64,000 nucleotides of DNA from Octopus sinensis (GCF_006345805.1 NC_043012.1:48980001-49044000), one strand, 5' to 3'; counted from the stretch's first letter, positions 25,689 to 37,950 are shown. Notes: generated from the letters alone by a model not told the origin. Made by a program: numbers and translations.

Positions 25689-26111
25689 TACTCTTTTACT
25701 CTTTTATTTGCTTCAGTCATTTGAATGTGGCCAAGCTGGAGCATTGCCTTTAGTCGAGCAAATATACCCCAGGACTTATTCTTTGTAAGCCTAGTACGTA
25801 TTCTATCGGTTTCTTGCCGAACCGCTAAGTTACGGGGACGTAAACACACCAGCATCGGTTGTCAAGCGATGTTGGGTGGACAAACACAGACACACAAATA
25901 TATATACACACACACATACATATATATATATATGTATACATATGTACGACAGGCTTCTTTCAGTTTCCATTTACCAAATCCACTCACAATGCTTTGGTCG
26001 GCCCGAAGCTATAGTAGAAGACACTTGCCCAAAGTGCCACGCAGTGGGACTGAACCCGGAACCATGTGGCTGGTAAGCAAATTACTTACCACACAGCCAC
26101 TCCTAAGCCTA
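25689..26111 (-). mobile_element. SINE-A, full length
   Basis: All modules present. Confidence 0.95.
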
Positions 26112-26600
26112 TGTGAACTTATTCAAAATATATTTTTTTTTAAATGAGAGCACCATATGTTTTAGGCCTTAAAATCATTGGATACCTATGGCATGGAGCA
26201 TGGGGCGAATGCTTAAGTCAAGTCAACAAACCGATACCAAATGTTTGTTCTAGGAACAATAAAAGAGTAGGGTTACAAGAGTGACAGCAATCACAACAGC
26301 AACCACAATAGCATATCTCTCATCCATATATGCATACATATACAGTCATGCACGACACACACGTACACAAGCACGAATTTACATGTACATTTACACACGC
26401 TGGCACACGTGTTTGTATGGATGAGCGATTGTGATAGAACAAACAGGGAACGGAGCGGCAGTGTCTGTGTTCCAGAGACTTAGATTCGTCCACCGGAACG
26501 CACATATTAACACACACACACACATACACGTAAGTACGCACATACATAAGTATATATACGTATGGATATGTGTTTATATTTATCAATCTATTTAGCTATG

Positions 26601-26668
<68 letters not shown>

Positions 26669-26682
26669 CGTCGGTCTGTCTG

Positions 26683-26725
<43 letters not shown>

Positions 26726-26782
26726 GTCTGTCTGTCCGTCTGTCTATCTATCTATCTATCTATCTATCCGTCGGTCTGTCTG

Positions 26783-26849
<67 letters not shown>

Positions 26850-27584
26850 CTGTGTGTGTGCGTAGACGCGCCGTCATAAAGGAATAAGATGTTCTTTGTG
26901 GGGTTCATATGTGTCTAGTTAAGTCTCTTCCTCTCTCTCTCTCTCAAACACTCCTACAGAAACACGCATATGCGCGCGCACACACAGGCACATATACACA
27001 CACACATACCGAAAGAGAAACATACATAGTCAAAAAAATACTTTGATGCAGACTCTTGCATAGTTGAGTCTCCCCACCTCTCTCTCTCCCTCTCCCACAC
27101 TCCTCTCCTTCTCTCACTTTGTGTGTGTTTGCTGAGTATCATATATATATAAGACAGCTGTGACTAACGTTGAAATCTTATCCATATAAACCAATCGAAC
27201 CAAGGTTCAAATCTAAAAAAATGCTCTTACAAAAATTATCAGAATGAATATTATTTATATGCAGTAGATCCCACATTCAGCTACCAATGTGTTTTTTTAT
27301 TGTAAGTTGATACGATATAGGCATAGAAAGGAGAAGAAGAAAGACAAGCACGCATTGCAATCAGCCAGGAAGAATGGTGGAGTAGGGGATGAAGAGTTAT
27401 CTAGCGTGAAGGCGATATACATCATCTAGTCCCTTTGGGGTCAAAAGTTCGTGCTAGGTAAAGAATGCAATTTGTATATAAAGAAAGGAAGGGTTTGCAA
27501 AAAAAATAAAAAGAGTTTATATATATATACCCATACATACATCAATACATATCAACGTATGTTAAAAAAGAAACGTATATAAAT

Positions 27585-27623
<39 letters not shown>

Positions 27624-27947
27624 TTCTCTTTTTTGTTTCAGTCATTTGACTGCGGCCATGATGGAGCACTGCCTTTAGTCGAGGAAATTGACCCCGGGAC
27701 TTATTCTGTGTATGCATAGTACTTATTATATCGGTCTGTTTTGCCGAACTACTACGTTATAGCGACGTGACGTAGTTGTTCGGCAAAAACGTAGTAATTC
27801 AGCGTTGATTTGAAAATCCCACTAGAATGGGAGAAAGCGCTAATGATCTAAGTGATATGATATATATATAAAAAATGTAATATACAAATAAATATCTGTA
27901 ATATAAAACCATCCGATCTTCTGAGTACCTCATTTCTTCTAATATAT

Positions 27948-27988
<41 letters not shown>

Positions 27989-27991
<3 letters not shown>

Positions 27992-28170
27992 GGTCCGGGT
28001 TGAGTCGGGGTTAACCACAGTAAATAAGGTACTCAATACATAGCAGAGTAAATTAATTTATTTATAGAAGGAGCTTCTACAGGACTAGAACTGTTTCATT
28101 CAAATGAAATCATCCTGATGATTTCATTTGAATGAAACAGTTCTAGTCCTGTAGAAGCTCCTTCTATAAA
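27989..28170. mobile_element. (TA)n-embedded element ending in a perfect 54-bp-arm palindrome
   Basis: 28061-28114 and 28117-28170 are exact reverse complements around a 2-nt centre. CTGATGA begins at the centre (28115-28121). Confidence 0.85.
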
Positions 28171-28243
28171 ATAAAAAAATAAGCTGAAACTAGATAAATG
28201 AGCTGAAACTAGATAAAATGAAATGAAATATATATATTATATA

Positions 28244-28298
<55 letters not shown>

Positions 28299-28344
28299 CA
28301 TGTTTATATACAGTTTGTGTTGCAATATTCCGGATGTGAAATCG

Positions 28345-28748
28345 TGTATTGAAACCGATCTTGTATTTCGGAATGGTCATTTCTTTTTCTTTTCGTCAAT
28401 ATATATTTTTTTCTTCGCTCATATATTACTGTTCTTATTTTATTGTTTTAACTCATGTCGATTGTCCGGAAATATTTCGTCGCATATCTGTTATCTCTTC
28501 ACCGAAACTTTTTGTTTCCGTGTGTATTCTTGTTCCACTTACTCCGGAGCAAGAAGACACACGGAAACGAAAAGTGACGCTGAAGAGGTCACGGATGTGT
28601 GACGAAGTGGAGCAACAACGTACCCGGAAACGAAAATTGTCGCTGAAGAAGTCACAGATGTGTGACGAAATATTGCCGGACAATGGACATAAGTTATTGT
28701 GTTTATTTGACCAAAAAAAGAAAAATTAACAATACCGAAATACAACAA
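28345..28748. mobile_element. Fold-back element with three HHR-like motifs (family E)
   Basis: Imperfect arms meet at ~28540-28550. Motifs at 28461-28510 (-), 28575-28607 (+) and 28636-28684 (+): CUGAAGA n GUCAC-6nt-GUGAC GAA(A). Confidence 0.7.
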
Positions 28749-28974
28749 TGTGTGTGTGTGTGTATATATATATATATGTATATAGATACTTTCATATAAG
28801 AGACCAAAGTGTATGCACGCCGCTATATATATATAAAACTCGGAGTTTTATCATGGCTACCAAATAATTGTCACATATTACACTTACAGATAAATTCCTC
28901 TATTTACATAATATCGAGGTCTCTTTCTTTCTTTTGTTGTCTTACCATTTTTATCAATATATATATATATATAT

Positions 28975-29140
28975 AATACGAAATGGGACAAGAACGCAAA
29001 ACATCCAGATAGACGATACAAAGAAAACAAGGACGGGTCATTCGGAGTTTTCTTTCCTCAGTCGAGTTCCAGATCATCTTTGCAATTTCGGCTGTTATAC
29101 TCAAGATTGCTCCAATCTGGCCAGCCCCAACGAAAAACGA
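28975..29140 (-). repeat. (TA)n-flanked dispersed repeat (family K)
   Basis: Reverse complement of 36590-36795 (ggctggccagattggagcaatct...ctggatgttttgcgttcttgtcccattt). Confidence 0.75.
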
Positions 29141-29898
29141 TATGTGTGCGTGCCTGCTTGTGTATAAATATATACACTCGCGCGTGCGCAACACGTATCC
29201 TGTTGCCTGACAATTGTAATAATCAAATGAATAGATGTCTTTTGCTGTTGCTGTTCTCGTATCTGAAATGTTTAGGTGCGACAGTGGGGTATGGGGTGTG
29301 GTGTTGAATTGGGAGAGCTGATAGTGATGATAGTGATGGTGGGTCTGGTCGGCTTGTTGGGCGGTCGGGTGGTTGAGCGGAGAGAAAATGAGGTGGAATA
29401 TCTTGGAAAATTACAAGAGCAAATATTTTAACGACCAACGGCAACGATGATGATGATGATGATGATGAGGATGAAAACGATGACGATGATGATGGTGATA
29501 GTGGTGTGGGGGAGGTGATGATGGTGATGGTGTAGGTGCTTGCTGCGGTGTGGAGGCTCGGTTTGTGATGATGACAATGTGGAAGAGGAAGAGGAGAACG
29601 ATGGTAGTGTGATGATGATTGTGGTGATGAAATTGATGACGATGATGGTAGTGATGGTGGTGGTGGTGGCCGTGACGGTAATGGTGATGTGGGATTGGGG
29701 ATTATGATGATGTTGATGATGAGGATAGTAATGTTGATGATGGTGGTGATGATGATGATGACAATGATGTTGTATGTTGAGGATGATAATAACAATGGGT
29801 CTTGATGGAACTGATGGCGATCAAGAATCGTAATGCTGTTTGTTGGCGATACAAAGGATGTTAAAAAATATGTAAGATATTGTGTTTCTATTTTACAG

Positions 29899-30014
29899 GT
29901 TTGCGATACCCCCAGCTCGCCAAGCTACCCAGATACCCACCCGACTATCCTACCCTGTTACACCGTTACACACGAGAGGAAGAGCCACAAATAAATCTGA
30001 AGAAAAATAGATAA
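29899..30014 (+). CDS. Candidate terminal exon (xLRYPQLAKLPRYPPDYPTLLHRYTREEEPQINLKKNR*), product unknown
   Basis: Strong acceptor tgtgtttctattttacag at 29881-29898, unique C-rich sequence, TAA at 30012-30014, AATAAA at 30014-30019. The other two frames are also open, so the frame is uncertain. Confidence 0.3.
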
Positions 30015-30119
30015 ATAAAAACAAGTGAATAAAAAGTAAATACACATTACAAAATATGAAACATTCAGCTGTTGTTTAATGATGCTGTGAATGGATGTAT
30101 TTCAATGTGTGTGTGTGTT

Positions 30120-30176
<57 letters not shown>

Positions 30177-30217
30177 TATATACAAACACAAATATACTTA
30201 TGTATTGTATATATATA

Positions 30218-30272
<55 letters not shown>

Positions 30273-30543
30273 TAATATATATATATATATATATAATATA
30301 CATATATATTATATATATATATATATTATATTTGTGTGTGTGTGCTTAGTTTCATCCCACCCTCCCTTGTCTTAAATTTGTTCTATTCTTTGTTTTTCTT
30401 TATTCTTTAGTTATTTATTTTTGAGAGTTTTGGTATCAGAACCCTCATAACTGAAGTAGTGTAGGTTGTGAATCTAATGTGTATATTCTCTTATGCATAA
30501 GCATACATACAATTCCCTTACATACGTGCATGCGCACACACAC

Positions 30544-30925
30544 GCTTCCCGACTACATGATTCCTAGTTCAATCCCACTGCGGGGCCCCTCCGGCAAATA
30601 TTTTCTACCATAACCTCGGGCCGACCAAAACCCTTCAAAGTGGATTTGGAGAACGGAAACAGAAAGAAACCCGTCGTGTATATGTATGTATATGGACATG
30701 CATGTGTGTGTTTGTGTGCATTTGGTGTCTGTGTTTGTCCTTCACCACCGTTTGACAACCGGTGTTGGTATCTTTACGTCCCCGTAAGAAGCACATCAGC
30801 AAAAAAGACCTATAGAATAAGTATTTAGGTTTAAAAACTGCTGGGGTTAATTCAGTCAAGAAGAAATTCTTGAAGGTGGGACTTCAGCATGGCCGCAGTC
30901 TAATGACTGAAACAGGAAGGGGATA
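30544..30925 (+). mobile_element. SINE-A, diverged
   Basis: Head, linker and tail recognisable. Confidence 0.8.
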
Positions 30926-31266
30926 AAAAAAATCCAGGTTTATATATATATATATATATATAACAAAGTGGAGTTGTGGGGTACCGCACGAGTGGAATTA
31001 TATACGAAAGAAGGTTTGAAAATGCAATTTAAAAGATGTTTATTTACTTTACCGGTTTCACTCTTTGGAAAAAGATTGTCAAAAGTAACATGTGGAAGTT
31101 TGGTTGCGTTAATTATTGGTTGTTGCAAATTGCTACATTACATATATATATACAGTCTTTGGTAACAGGGACATGTTAAGGACATAAAAAAGTTCAACAA
31201 GTTCCTTAAAATATTGGGCATATATATATATGCATACACACACACATACACACACACACACACACG

Positions 31267-31305
<39 letters not shown>

Positions 31306-31581
31306 GTATGTATATATGCGCATATACATCCATATATATTATAATAAATGTGACAACTAATTTCTGTGTGTCAGTGTGTCACACTTCGACCCCCTCTCTC
31401 ACTTTTCAATGACACTTCCTCGTGCTGGGATGAGAGTAACAGTAGACACGGAGACGTTGAGGGCGGTGGCGAAGGCAGACAGTGGGAGAGAAAGAAAGAA
31501 AAAGAGAGTCAAAGAAATTTAGGGAAGGCTGATGATGTTTTATTAAAAGTAGTAGTGTTGATGGCCGCAATGACAGTAATA

Positions 31582-31646
<65 letters not shown>

Positions 31647-31732
31647 ATGTGAGAGAAAGAGGGAGATGATGTACAACTTTCCTGGCCAGAAATTCCTGTG
31701 GCCATCATACTGAACCAACTACTTAACGCTAT

Positions 31733-32193
31733 TGGCGACGTCGATGTTCGCCTGGGGCTAAATGCAACAGTAACACCCCACCACCCTGCCCTGTCCCTAG
31801 CCATATTCAGATGGCTTTAGTCCCTTATGTTATGGAGCAGTTACTGTCTATATCTCATTTAGAGAATTATTATTGCTGTCGAACAGATTTTCGAAATCAG
31901 CAAATGTATTTTGCTTGAAAATCTATATATGAATATCCTGCAGAGTGAGATTTCGTCGAGGAAGCGGGGGCCTACCACACGTTGATGATAGGCAATACAC
32001 CTTGAAACCATGGTCCATGTGTGGTTTCCGCTTCATCGGGGAATTATCTCCCTTTGCAGGTTAAAGGACACCGTGATGGTGTCAAGCCTATCTGGCGACG
32101 TCGATGTTCGCCTGGGGCTAAATGCAACAGTAACACCCCCACCACCCTGCCCTGTCCCTAGCCATATTCAGATGGCTTTAGTCCCTTATGTTA
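31733..32193 (+). repeat. 100-bp direct duplication (31733-31832 and 32093-32193)
   Basis: The two copies differ at only one point, in the C-run (ccccacc vs cccccacc). Confidence 0.9.
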
Positions 32194-32397
32194 AAAAAAA
32201 TATTTTTTGCTTTCTTTAATACATGCATACATACATACATCTTATTTTGTTTACAATCTAATGACTTCAAGTATTTAATTATTTAAGTATTATTTTATTT
32301 TTCACTCATGTATATTTAGGATTTATATATATATATACTCACACACATATTAAAGTATATTTATTAATTAATTATTTTATTGTGCTATTTTATTTGT

Positions 32398-32484
32398 AAC
32401 CTGATGAGCGATTATATTTATATAAAAGTGATTTCTCTACTACTATAATCATTTCTTAAATATAGCTGCGAAACACGTGTCGTT
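32398..32484 (+). ncRNA. Type I hammerhead motif with an enlarged stem II
   Basis: aac CUGAUGA GC-(58 nt incl. gattata/tataatc)-GC GAAA CACGUG UC guu. Canonical core, 8-nt palindromic stem III ACACGUGU, GUC triplet. Confidence 0.7.
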
Positions 32485-32732
32485 TTTCTACCTATTATAT
32501 ACGATTTAATTATTATTTTTGCAATTTACTTATTCTTTGCATTTTATTGTTATTTTAATTTTAACTTTTCTATTATATGTAATTTTCTAGATGGTGTAAT
32601 TTAATTGTGCATTTTGAATTGATAAAAGGTGTTTTTTTTTCTAATTCTATATATATATTATATTGTGTGAAATTTGATTTAGTATTTCTAAATTGAATTT
32701 TATTCCTTGTAAGTTTGGATTTTATTCCCTCA

Positions 32733-32768
<36 letters not shown>

Positions 32769-32769
32769 G

Positions 32770-32800
<31 letters not shown>

Positions 32801-32842
32801 TACTATATATATATATATATATATATATAGTATATGTATATG

Positions 32843-33158
32843 TAGGACAAGATTCTGTGATAGCCTGGGCTTCCGAGGCCCACTGCTCTTCAATATCCTC
32901 CCGAAGAACCTGAGAGACCTGCATGGGGTGGATACAGATGTCTTTAAAATGAAGCTGGATCTCTTCCTGTCAGGTGTCCCAGATGAACCAACTTCACGGC
33001 AGGAGGGGCAGATGAGGGCAGCTGCATCGAACTCTCTCATGCACCAAATAGCAGTTGCTAGAAAGCCTCCATAAAGTGAAACCAAGTAGCAACACCAAAT
33101 GGCGGTGCCCCAGCATGGCCACAGCTCATAAGCTGAAACTAGAATCAATCAATCAATC
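32843..33158 (+). mobile_element. CR1-group (L2/Crack/Daphne-like) LINE 3' end
   Basis: ORF2 C-terminus GPLLFNILPKNLRDLHGVDTDVFKMKLDLFLSGVPDEP...RAAASNSL, stop at 33072-33074, short 3' UTR and (AATC)n tail. Confidence 0.8.
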
Positions 33159-33312
33159 ATATATATATATATATGTATGTATATATATATATATATATAT
33201 ATATGTTTGTATTTTTATTTTCTCATATATTATCACTTTTTTACATTCATTTCATGCTTCTGCACGCATTTTTTTTCTCTCCTTGTTTCTTTCCGTGTTT
33301 CTTTTCTGTGTA

Positions 33313-33350
33313 TCTTTCTGTTGAAGAGCGTAGGCTCGAAACGTTAAAGA
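33313..33350 (+). ncRNA. Minimal HHR motif, A6U variant (family D)
   Basis: ucuuu CUGUUGA a GAGC-guag-GCUC GAAA CG UU aaaga. Perfect 5-bp stem I. Confidence 0.6.
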
Positions 33351-33447
33351 CTTGTTTTATTTATATTTCCTGAGCGCCATACTAATACAATTGTTTGTTT
33401 GTTTCCCACCTGCCTTCGTCTTTTGTCTATTTTCATAAAGCTTCCCG

Positions 33448-33491
<44 letters not shown>

Positions 33492-33651
33492 ATTACTTGG
33501 AAATGGATGCGTGGCGTTCGATCATATAATAATATAAATAATATATAAGTACATGCATATATACATACATACATACGTGCACACACACACACATATATAT
33601 ATATAGAGAGAGAGTGAGAGATACATACATATCTATATTTATATATATGTT

Positions 33652-33704
<53 letters not shown>

Positions 33705-34394
33705 ATTTATACATATACGTATATAAATATATACGTGGATGTGTATATGGATATGCACACATTTGAGTGTGTGTGTGCATGTGTGAGCGTGCTTGTGTAT
33801 GTGTGTGTGCATAAGTAATGTTTTAAATGAGGAAAGGAGTTGTCAAATTGACATGAAACGGACAGTATTTCATTTCATATCTCATTCAATGTTATACAAT
33901 TCATGAAATGTTATGTAGTACTTGTCATAATATTTGAAAACTTGTAATAATTCGATAGTCTATTCGTTTCCTCAAATGCCATGATTTGAAGGCACCATCG
34001 ACCAAATGAATGCTTTGGGATGTCTTCATTAGGGCGTTTAGACCGAACATTTACCTATCTCCTGCAACATTCAATTAAAAAATTTTGATAAAAGATATAC
34101 AGGTAATTTGAAATAAATTTAAAATAAAAGCCGGTTGGAATTTATCATATAGATGAAATTATTGACCGTAGATTTGACCATCAGCCATTTAATGACTTTT
34201 GTGGCGGCGATAACTGTAAGATAAGATTAGCAAAAAAAAAAAATAAATAAATCTACGTCTTTAATTTACCCTCCCCTTTCTCCTGCTATCCCATGAAAAC
34301 CATTCGCACACATTAACATGAAAGCGTGCCCCTACTCACACACACAAATTGCAATTCTAAGATGACCGTGCATATAATATATATATTCTTTTAT

Positions 34395-34772
34395 TATTTT
34401 ACTGGTTTCAGTCATTTGACTGCGGCCATGCTGGAACGCCGCCTTAAAGGGTTTTAGCCGAAGAAATCGATCTCAGGACTTATTCTTGGTAAGCCTAGCA
34501 CAAATACAGACAGACAGACAGACAGACACACACACACTAAAAAATATATATACACACACACATATATATATATGTATATATTTAGGTGTGTGTATCTGTG
34601 TGTGTGTGTATGTCTGTGTTTCTTTCAGTTTTTGTTAACCAAATCCATTCATAAGGATTTGGTAGGCCTGAGGTTAAAGTAGAAGACACTTGCCCGAGGT
34701 GCCACGCAGTGAGACTGAACCAGGAACTAAGTGGTTGAGAAGCAAGCTTCCTACCATACACCCACGCCTGCA
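34395..34772 (-). mobile_element. SINE-A with internal deletion
   Basis: Tail end and head recognisable. Confidence 0.8.
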
Positions 34773-34811
34773 CCCCCTCTCTCACTCACTCTCTCTCTCT
34801 CTTTCTTTCTT

Positions 34812-34845
<34 letters not shown>

Positions 34846-35022
34846 ATCAGAAAACAGAGAAAACCTCAGATAAGCAAAAAAAAAAAATACTCTACGAGCA
34901 TAGTGCGCCTGCATAGCCATACCCAGATATAACACGGGTAACTGATACCGATAGTATATACGGGTCTATTTTATCTCTTAGTCGGTTATTATAATCGCTA
35001 ATTCTGCTTACCTTATATACAT

Positions 35023-35065
<43 letters not shown>

Positions 35066-35209
35066 GGACAAAAATACACGGATACAGATACAAGCAAACG
35101 CAAAAATGCCTACACTTACGCACACATACATGTGCATATAGACACGCGCTTTCATCGACATACATGAATACACATGCTAACATGAATTAACTTCCGCATA
35201 CTCGCACTT

Positions 35210-35240
<31 letters not shown>

Positions 35241-35809
35241 AATACACATGTATGCATGCATATGTGCCGTTCTCATCAAAGGAAGAAACTTTTTGTTTAC
35301 GATGATCGCAGAATATGTCAAAACACGTTAAGAAAATCGAATCTGTTTTCGCAAAATGACATGACAAAACGTCGCCGTTAGCGAGGCTGTTGCTTGCAAA
35401 CAGCGAATTGACGTGAAAACGTGAGAAGTACGAAACCAGTCAGACAAGAATACACACATACACAGACCGACATACACAGACCGACATACACACGTGCATA
35501 TACGTACATGCATGTATTCATAAGACAGGCTCCAATCAGGTTCTCTCTATTATATCCACTTAAAAAACTTTGATTCGCCCGGGGCTATAATAGAAGTCAC
35601 CTGCCCTTTGTGCTGCTCAATGGGACTGAGCCTGATAATATGAGCGAATTTCTTAGCACACACACACACACATACATACACACACACACGTACAAACACA
35701 TACACAAGCACAAACACATACATATACACATATTACGAAACTGTTAATCCCGTCACACATTTTTCCTTCGCTTTTTTTCTCTCTTTCTCCATTTGTTTTT
35801 CTCTCATTC

Positions 35810-35845
35810 CTTTCTGTCGCAAAGCGTAGGCTCGAAACGTCAAAG
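35810..35845 (+). ncRNA. Degenerate HHR motif (family D)
   Basis: cuuu CUGUCGC a AAGC-guag-GCUC GAAA CG UC aaag. The GUC triplet fixes the register, but A6, A9 and G10.1 are altered. Confidence 0.45.
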
Positions 35846-35940
35846 ACCTTTCCATTCTTCCCAATCGTCAAACTAATTCACCCGCTTGTTTGTTCCCTCA
35901 CCTGTCTTTATCATTTGGTTTCTGTATATATATATATATA

Positions 35941-36214
35941 TCAGATGTTGATACACATCGCTGGTCACAATGCGTTCGCATTGTTTCATCCTTCGAATGA
36001 CGCCACCCCGCTGGCTAAGTGAGCAGGCCAACAGACGAAAGAGTGAGAGAAAGAGTGGTGAAAGAGTTCAGCAGGGATCACCACCCCCTGCCGGAGATTC
36101 GTGGAGCTTTTAGGTGTTTTCGCTCAATAAACACTCACAACGCCCGGTCTGGGAATCGAAACCGTTATCCTTCGACCGCGAGTCCGCTGCCTTAACCTGG
36201 CCATTGTGCCTCCA
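35941..36214 (-). mobile_element. SINE-C with a third tail type
   Basis: Head and body as at 13680. Tail is ...gtcattcgaaggatgaaacaatgcgaacgcattgtgaccagcgatgtgtatcaacatctga. Confidence 0.85.
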
Positions 36215-36274
<60 letters not shown>

Positions 36275-36589
36275 TGTGTTTTTTGAGAATGAGATAAAAT
36301 TCCAAGGCTGGGAAGATTTTAGAACATTAGAAGGTCTTACATTATAAATAAAAGGTCTTTCCTGTGTATGTGAAAGTTTTGTATCTCTGCCGTAAGACTT
36401 CATTTCCATACGCGCCACCTTAATTCAATTAGTCCTTAGTCGAAAGACTCCTGTTATTATGTCCTGTTATTATTTTTATTGTATTTATTATTGTATTTAT
36501 ATTTGTGTAACATTGTCCGTTTTTTTCCGTCCTTGTTTTTGTATACAATCGCTGCTTTCTTCCAAGGAATCTAATGCTCTTAGCTTAGT

Positions 36590-36788
36590 TTTTTTCCTTA
36601 GGGCTGGCCAGATTGGAGCAATCTCAAAAATAATTAGCCGAAATTGCGAGGATAATCTGGTGCTTGACTGAGGATCGAAGGCTTCGAATGATCCGTCCTT
36701 GGTTTCTTTGTATCGTCTATCTGGATGTTCTGCTGTCCCTTGTTGTATCACCTAACTGTCTGGATGTTTTGCGTTCTTGTCCCATTTT

Positions 36789-36795
<7 letters not shown>
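36590..36795 (+). repeat. Family K repeat, second copy
   Basis: Homologous to 28975-29140 and ends at a TA tract. Confidence 0.75.
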
Positions 36796-36822
<27 letters not shown>

Positions 36823-37575
36823 GCGGCGTACGTACACTCTGCTCCCCCCTCTCTCTCTCTGTATATATATATGTATATATATATATATATTTACATACAT
36901 ACATGCATGCATGCATACATACACATACATATTCACAAACATGCTGGTGTATGAGCCGCAAGACTCAAACTCACTGCTATCCTCAACCTTATTAAAATCT
37001 CTTAAGGAAACCAATAATGCAACCTTAATAAAAGTACTTAACAATAATTCTTCCTCAAAACCATCATTATGTGTTAAGCACATCGAAATTTCTTTAGCGG
37101 ATATCCTTCTGAAAAAATATCAGCCCATAAATTTTGATGGGTCCAAGGTAATTAGTGATTTGTAGCTATAGAATTAAGATCAGAGAAAGTTCAAAGTAAT
37201 AATTTTACAGTAAAATTGTTCCACAGTAAACACATTTCCTTAACATTCTATTCAAGTCTATAGAAAATTCAAACAATCTGACAAACAGGTTTCCCCACTT
37301 TCTTTCTCACAGAAGATATCAACCGACTATAAGTGTACAAGTATTTATTGTCTTGCCTAGTTGCTTTCGTATCAAATGTTCAGTAACTAACTATTGACCA
37401 GAAAGTCAGTATTTTCAGTGTTCCCTGATCAGAACTGCTTGAATTATTTGATATCTATATGCGATAGTCTCAAAGTTCACTGTACCAATCATTTGTCATG
37501 CGGCTCCGTGAAACACTGAGTTGTAACTAATGCACACTTAGAAACTAATATGTTTATATATATATATATATATAT

Positions 37576-37846
37576 ACAATTGCAGCGTGGAAGGTGTTTA
37601 TAAGCCATTTAAGAAACACACAAAAGCCGTTCGATTCACTTCAACATTTAAGTTTAATTTGTCAAAATATTTTCGTCGCTAAAATCCGCGACCTGTTCAC
37701 GTGCTGCACGGATTTTTGTCAATGTCAATGTCGCGGATTTTAGCGACGAAAATATTTTGACAAATTAAACTTAAATGTTGAAGTGAATCGAACGGCTTTT
37801 GTGTGTTTCTTAAATGGCTTATAAACACATTCCACGCTGCAATTGT
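37576..37846. mobile_element. Fold-back element, 117-bp arms, HHR-like motif with GUGAACA core
   Basis: 37576-37692 vs 37730-37846 with 1 mismatch and a 37-nt spacer. Begins at a TA tract. Confidence 0.85.
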
Positions 37847-37899
37847 TTTCGTTTCAGCACACGATCTCAGATCAAATTACTTGCTATGCGAGTACATCT

Positions 37900-37950
<51 letters not shown>

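Noticed and set aside
29223-29795. 190-aa S/P/I-rich minus ORF
   Set aside because: Derived from a cryptic (GAT/GGT)n tract, with no domain or splice support.
36640-36705. Hammerhead in family K (CTGAGGA...GAAT; also 29030-29065)
   Set aside because: GAAU rather than GAAA, and no consistent stem I or III could be drawn in either copy.
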